Shown piece by piece: positions 59,446 to 64,000 of a DNA stretch of 64,000 nt. The stretch spans positions 493 through 64,492 of the forward strand of contig JAFGSY010000011.1 in the NCBI GenBank assembly GCA_016934315.1, in the 5' to 3' direction. Below the pieces are notes generated by a model that was given only the letters and a program-made list of their open reading frames with translations, was not told the origin of the DNA and ran no database searches. Every line of letters starts with the position of its first letter. Positions within the stretch are counted from its first letter, which is position 1. The position numbers and the translations under genes are program-made. The stretch comes from Candidatus Anaeroferrophillus wilburensis. Lineage in GTDB: Bacteria > Desulfobacterota > Anaeroferrophillalia > Anaeroferrophillales > Anaeroferrophillaceae.

Positions 59446-60027
59446 ATGATGAGCTCGTCTTTATCAATAGTACCAGTTTTTCGATTCTCTGATTTCCGGT
59501 ATCTGCTGACTGGCTTGGCAGTGTTTTTTTTATTTATGCTGTTGCCAGATACCGGGTTGGCAGTTGAGCCCCTGCAGGAATATCCGGTGCCGCCGCCGCC
59601 TTTCAGCGAGGGTATCTTTCCCTGCTCCGACTGTCACCGTGACCTTGAGGTCAATACTAAAAAGCGGCAGCTGGTTGATGAGCATCAGGATATCCGGCTG
59701 CACCATGCGGAGCAGGTGCGCTGGTGTCTTGACTGCCATGATGCCAACGACCGGGACCGGCTGCGGTTGACCTCGGGAGCAACCATCCCCTTCACCGAAT
59801 CCTATCTGCTCTGCGGTCAGTGTCATGGAACCATCTATCGAGACTGGCGGGCCGGTGTGCATGGCAAGCGGACCGGTTTTTGGCGCGGTCCCAAGCGCTA
59901 TCTGCTCTGTGCCCATTGCCATAATCCCCATGCACCGGCTTTTGTTCCCCTTGTTCCTGCACCACCGCCCCTGAAGCCGCGGCCCGGCAATGACCGGGTT
60001 CCTACCCATGAAAAGAGGCCCCATTGA
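59446..60027 (+). CDS. Exported tetraheme c-type cytochrome
   Basis: N-terminal hydrophobic segment; CSDCH, CLDCH, CGQCH, CAHCH. Confidence 0.88.
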   Translation: MMSSSLSIVPVFRFSDFRYLLTGLAVFFLFMLLPDTGLAVEPLQEYPVPPPPFSEGIFPCSDCHRDLEVNTKKRQLVDEHQDIRLHHAEQVRWCLDCHDANDRDRLRLTSGATIPFTESYLLCGQCHGTIYRDWRAGVHGKRTGFWRGPKRYLLCAHCHNPHAPAFVPLVPAPPPLKPRPGNDRVPTHEKRPH

Positions 60028-60947
60028 AGAATGATTCGGCAAAAAGCGTCGAGTTGGATAGGAACGACAGCGTAACGCGGCGGGATTTTCTCAAAAAATC
60101 GCTGGTTGGCGCCGGCCTGCTAACCCTGCCAGGGCTGCTGCCTGGCTGCACGTGGGAGGAGTTTTCCCAGAAGCACTTCAGTGAGTTGGCGCCAGCGGAG
60201 CTTGAACAGGTTCTGCGGCGGCTCAAAGATCAGTACCGCCGCTGCTATGGTCGTGAATTTCAGCTTTCCGCCACCGGCCCGCTGCCGGAAACCGCTTTTG
60301 CCTATGCTCTTGATCTGTCAAAGTGCATCGGCTGCCGCCGGTGCGTCTATGCCTGTGCCGAGGAAAACAACCTGTCTCGCAGCGATCCTCAGATTCATTG
60401 GATCAAGGTTCTGCGGTTTCCCAACGGTTCGATGAACCCTGAAGATGCAGAAAGGTATTATGCTCCCGACAAGGTTCCCGAAGAGGGATATTACTATATG
60501 CCGGTTCAGTGCCAGCAGTGCGCCAATCCCCCCTGTGTCAAGGCCTGTCCGGTACAAGCTACTTGGAAAGAGCCGGACGGTATGGTTGTGGTTGACTACA
60601 ACTGGTGCATCGGCTGCCGCTACTGTATGGCTGCCTGCCCCTACGATGCCCGCCATTTCAACTGGGCCGCGCCGACCCTGCCAATTAATGAAATTAATAC
60701 GCATACTCACTACCTGGGCAACCGTCCCCAGGAGAAAAATGTCGTTGGCAAATGCACCTTCTGCATCCAGCGGGTCCGGGAAGGACGCTACCCGGCCTGC
60801 GTCGAGGCATGTCCGGTAGGGGCGCGCAAATTCGGCAACCTGCTGGATCAGGACAGCGAGATTCGTTATATCCTGGAGCATAAACGGGTGTTTCGCTTCA
60901 AGGAAGAGCTGAACACGCAACCTAACTTCTACTACTATTTTTCCTGA
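60024..60947 (+). CDS. Tat-exported 4x[4Fe-4S] protein (NrfC/DsrO-like)
   Basis: TRRDFLK; CIGCRRCVYAC, CQQCANPPC, CIGCRYCMAACP, KCTFC...CVEACP. Confidence 0.92.
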   Translation: MKNDSAKSVELDRNDSVTRRDFLKKSLVGAGLLTLPGLLPGCTWEEFSQKHFSELAPAELEQVLRRLKDQYRRCYGREFQLSATGPLPETAFAYALDLSKCIGCRRCVYACAEENNLSRSDPQIHWIKVLRFPNGSMNPEDAERYYAPDKVPEEGYYYMPVQCQQCANPPCVKACPVQATWKEPDGMVVVDYNWCIGCRYCMAACPYDARHFNWAAPTLPINEINTHTHYLGNRPQEKNVVGKCTFCIQRVREGRYPACVEACPVGARKFGNLLDQDSEIRYILEHKRVFRFKEELNTQPNFYYYFS

Positions 60948-60949
60948 CC

Positions 60950-62164
60950 ATGACTGAACAATCAACCATCAAAGGCTTGCTGCTGCTTCTGGTGAAGGGC
61001 AACCGCTGGTATTATCTCTGGCTGGCCAGCCTTGTCCTGCTGATTTTAACCGGTGCCTGTGCCTACCGGGTTCAGTTCGACCGCGGTTTGATTGTTACCA
61101 ATATGCGTGATCAGGTTTCCTGGGGGTTGTATATTGCCAACTTCACCTACCTGGTGGGTGTCGCCGCCGCGGCGGTCCTGCTGGTGATTCCAGCCTATCT
61201 GTACAACTGGAAACCCATCAAGGAGATTGTGCTCCTGGGCGAATTGCTGGCGGTGGCCGCAATTGTCATGTGTATCACCTTTGTCATGATTGATCTTGGC
61301 CGTCCGGATCGTTTCTGGCATCTGCTGCCGAAAATCGGCCGGCTCAACTGGCCCCAGTCGATGCTGGCCTGGGATGTGGTGGTCCTCAACCTGTATCTGC
61401 TGCTCAACCTGCTGATCTCCTGGTATGTCCTCAGTAATCTTTATCGAGGGACGGCACCCAACAAGACGCTCTTCTGGTTGCTCATCTGCCTTTCGATTCC
61501 CGGCGCGGTTGCCATTCATGCTGTCACCTCTTATCTCTATGGTGGTCTGCCGGCTAGACCGTTCTGGAATGCTTCAATCATGGCCCCCCGGTTTCTGGCT
61601 TCGGCTTTCTGCTCCGGCCCTTCGCTGATCATCCTGATTTTCCAGGTGATCAGAAAATTTTCACCGTTGAAAGTTGCCGATGAAGCGCTCTTCAAGCTGG
61701 CTGAGATGGTCGGCTGGTCGATGTTTGTCAACCTGTTCCTGCTGGGGGCTGAGGTATTTAAGGAATTTTATTCCAATACCTGGCATGTGAGCCATATCCA
61801 ATATCTTTTTTTTGGTCTCCACGGCAAAACACAGCTGGTGCCGTTCACCTGGACGGCAATCGCGTTCAACGTGACCAGTCTCTGCATTCTGATCTATCCG
61901 CGGACCAGGAAGAATCTCTTTACCCTGAACGGTGCCTGCGTCATGATGCTCATCGGGGTGTGGATAGAAAAAGGTCTGGGGTTGGTCAACCCCGGTTTTA
62001 CCCCCACGCCGCTGGGGGAGATATATGAATACCTGCCCAACCTGCGGGAAATCACCATCTCCATCGGGGTGCTGGCCTTCGGTCTGCTGGTTTATACCGT
62101 CTTGCTTGCCATTGCCATTCCAATCCAGACCGGTGATTTTCGTGCCCGCACCGATCCTCCCTAA
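60950..62164 (+). CDS. NrfD/PsrC/DsrP-family membrane quinol-interacting subunit
   Basis: VSWGLYIANF, DLGRPDRFWH, SMLAWD, RPFWN; about 10 TM helices. Confidence 0.92.
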   Translation: MTEQSTIKGLLLLLVKGNRWYYLWLASLVLLILTGACAYRVQFDRGLIVTNMRDQVSWGLYIANFTYLVGVAAAAVLLVIPAYLYNWKPIKEIVLLGELLAVAAIVMCITFVMIDLGRPDRFWHLLPKIGRLNWPQSMLAWDVVVLNLYLLLNLLISWYVLSNLYRGTAPNKTLFWLLICLSIPGAVAIHAVTSYLYGGLPARPFWNASIMAPRFLASAFCSGPSLIILIFQVIRKFSPLKVADEALFKLAEMVGWSMFVNLFLLGAEVFKEFYSNTWHVSHIQYLFFGLHGKTQLVPFTWTAIAFNVTSLCILIYPRTRKNLFTLNGACVMMLIGVWIEKGLGLVNPGFTPTPLGEIYEYLPNLREITISIGVLAFGLLVYTVLLAIAIPIQTGDFRARTDPP

Positions 62165-62375
62165 AATTCTTTTTGCCCCCTGTTATCATCTCTTTGACTC
62201 TATTTCGGCCCCTTGTTTTGGCGGTAAAGTGTTGTTTTTCGTTTATTTTTTGCTCTAAAAATGATAAAATTAGCGTTTGTTTTAAAGAGGCAGCAGGATT
62301 TTGCTTCATTGCTGGTTCCGATCATTTTGAACCTTCTGTTGTCTATTTGGATAAGGTGGTGAAAAGGAGAACTCT

Positions 62376-63773
62376 ATGCATCCGGAAACGAGGAAAATAA
62401 CTGACATCATTGTCAAGGCGGCGGCGAAGGCCCGCCGGGAAACCAAGAACGAACCAGGCCATCCCCATGCCCAGAAAGTGGTCCGCTGGCCCCTGAATTG
62501 CACTATTGGTCCCGGACTGGAGGGTGCCATTGCCTGTGAGAGCAAGGTGGGTTACGTGAACGGAGCCAAGGGTTGGCTGGTTTACCGGGGCTATGATATC
62601 TTTGATCTCTGCGCTTATTCCACCTATGAGGAGGTCAGTTATCTTCTCCTGCATGGCAGTCTGCCCACTGCCCAGGAGCTGGAGGAGTATAAGCAGAAAC
62701 TGATACAGTATCGTTATCTGAATAAAACCCTGCGTATTCTCATGGGGTTCCCGGTTGAAGAGATGAATTCCATGGCTGCTTTGCGCATGGGGACTCTGCT
62801 CATGCGTCAGGAATTTACCGATCGGGACAAGGAGAGCGGCCGGCCGGCCATTGACGATGCCATCAGCGCCGATGAAGACTCCATTCCCATGGAAACCCTG
62901 CCCACCGGGGAAGAACATGCCATCTATGAGTTCAGTTCCAAAAAGAGGGCGAAAAAACGGAAAATGAGTGGCGAGAAAGCCAGCGGTCTGGAGGCCTGCT
63001 ACCACCTGATTGCCGGGGTGCCGACCATTACCGCGGCCATTGCCCGGGTCCGCCAGGGGAATATGGCCATTGAGCCGGACCCTGAACTCAGCCATGCGGC
63101 CAACCTGCTGTATATGATGAATGGCACCCGTCCGACCCCCCTGCAGGAACGGATCATGGATATTGCCCTGATCCTGCATGCGGACCACGGTATGAATGCC
63201 AGCACCTTCGCGTCCATGGTGGTGGCCTCCACCCTTTCCGACATCTACTTTTCCGTTGGTTCAGGGATTGCAGCTCTCAGCGGCCCGCTCCATGGAGGTG
63301 CCAATGAACAGGTCCTCCATACCCTGAAAGAGATCGGCAGCCCGGAAAAGGTGAAAGCCTGGGTTCGTTCAGCCAGTCGGGAAAGCAGGAAAATTCCCGG
63401 CTTTGGCCACCGGGTCTACAAGGCCTACGATCCCCGGGCCCGGGTTCTCGGACCGATGGCGGCCTACCGCATCAAAAAATTCAACGATGACAACCTCAGA
63501 CTTTTTACCGTTGCCCAAGAGCTTGAAAAACAGGTCCACGATGAGTTCGGCAAGGAAAAGAAGATTTTTCCCAACGTTGACTTCTATTCCGGCATTGTCT
63601 ACAGCCGGATGGGTATTGACCCAGCCATGTTTACGCCGCTCTTTGCCGTCAGCCGGGTGGCCGGCTGGACCGCCAGGGTGCTGGAATACCTGCAGAAGAA
63701 CCGGATCTTCCGGCCCCGGGCCATGTATACCGGTGACTTTGAACAGGAATATGTGCCGCTGGAACAACGCTGA
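62376..63773 (+). CDS. gltA: Citrate synthase family protein
   Basis: GLEG, YRGY, LHADHGMNAST, GPLHGGAN, GFGHRVYK.YDPRA, PNVDFYSG. Confidence 0.92.
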   Translation: MHPETRKITDIIVKAAAKARRETKNEPGHPHAQKVVRWPLNCTIGPGLEGAIACESKVGYVNGAKGWLVYRGYDIFDLCAYSTYEEVSYLLLHGSLPTAQELEEYKQKLIQYRYLNKTLRILMGFPVEEMNSMAALRMGTLLMRQEFTDRDKESGRPAIDDAISADEDSIPMETLPTGEEHAIYEFSSKKRAKKRKMSGEKASGLEACYHLIAGVPTITAAIARVRQGNMAIEPDPELSHAANLLYMMNGTRPTPLQERIMDIALILHADHGMNASTFASMVVASTLSDIYFSVGSGIAALSGPLHGGANEQVLHTLKEIGSPEKVKAWVRSASRESRKIPGFGHRVYKAYDPRARVLGPMAAYRIKKFNDDNLRLFTVAQELEKQVHDEFGKEKKIFPNVDFYSGIVYSRMGIDPAMFTPLFAVSRVAGWTARVLEYLQKNRIFRPRAMYTGDFEQEYVPLEQR

Positions 63774-63793
63774 TCAACCGGTCTGTCACGCAG

Positions 63794-63831
63794 AAAAAGC
63801 CCCGCATGAGTGTTTATGCGGGGCTTTTTTT
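63794..63831. terminator. Bidirectional intrinsic terminator
   Basis: AAAAAGCCCCGCATGA-gtgt-TTATGCGGGGCTTTTTTT. Confidence 0.85.
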
Positions 63832-63860
63832 ATCTGCCGGTTTTGCTTCAGAAATGCCGC

Positions 63861-64000
63861 TTATGGGGAATGGCGTTCTGGCTGCTCGTGCGGACGCCCC
63901 TTGTCATCCCAGCCGTGCAGCCGGTAGTATGCCGCCAGCATGTCCGCAAGGTGCGCTTCGGTAATGACTTTTCCCGAGTCCTCCAACTGCCGGTGAAGCT
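63861..64000 (-). CDS. C-terminal fragment of a probable aldehyde:ferredoxin oxidoreductase-family protein
   Basis: Minus frame ...HLADMLAAYYRLHGWDDKGRPHEQPERHSP* matches the YYxxxGWDxxGxP C-terminal motif; too short for the ORF track. Confidence 0.65.
   Translation of the reverse strand, partial: LHRQLEDSGKVITEAHLADMLAAYYRLHGWDDKGRPHEQPERHSP

Overview
A 64-kb chromosomal window of moderately high GC, most likely from an anaerobic Desulfobacterota/deltaproteobacterium (inferred from gene style). It shows no integrase, transposase, phage gene, CRISPR array or rRNA. Left to right: a PEP-CTERM surface protein and a TPR protein; lptG-prfB(+1 frameshift)-rnj-ftsK; tRNA-fMet; ridA, rubrerythrin, an ArsA-like ATPase and DUF3047; DUF445; plsC; the rimP-nusA-ylxR-infB-DUF503-rbfA-nrnA-truB-rpsO-pnp operon; a type II J-protein and comEC; hisS followed by two hypothetical genes; a GGCT-family gene; an FlhB-C-like gene; hsp20-hsp20-clpB; two DUF3857 genes split by a HesB-like selenoprotein gene (missed by the ORF track) and a small gene; cysK-gatA-gatB; lpxC with a complete sigma54 promoter layout; an MBL-rhodanese fusion; an acyl-CoA cluster (three hotdog proteins, MBL hydrolase, UbiD, two Ptb-like proteins, Buk); a tetraheme cytochrome/4Fe-4S/NrfD module; citrate synthase; and the end of a probable aldehyde:ferredoxin oxidoreductase. 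The best candidates for undescribed biology are: (i) an amidoligase-like enzyme converging on a GGCT-family gene behind hisS, (ii) two Ptb paralogues that keep complementary halves of the conserved motifs, (iii) a branched palindromic element between ridA and rbr, and (iv) a structured hisS leader. All calls come from motif recognition by eye; no database searches were run.
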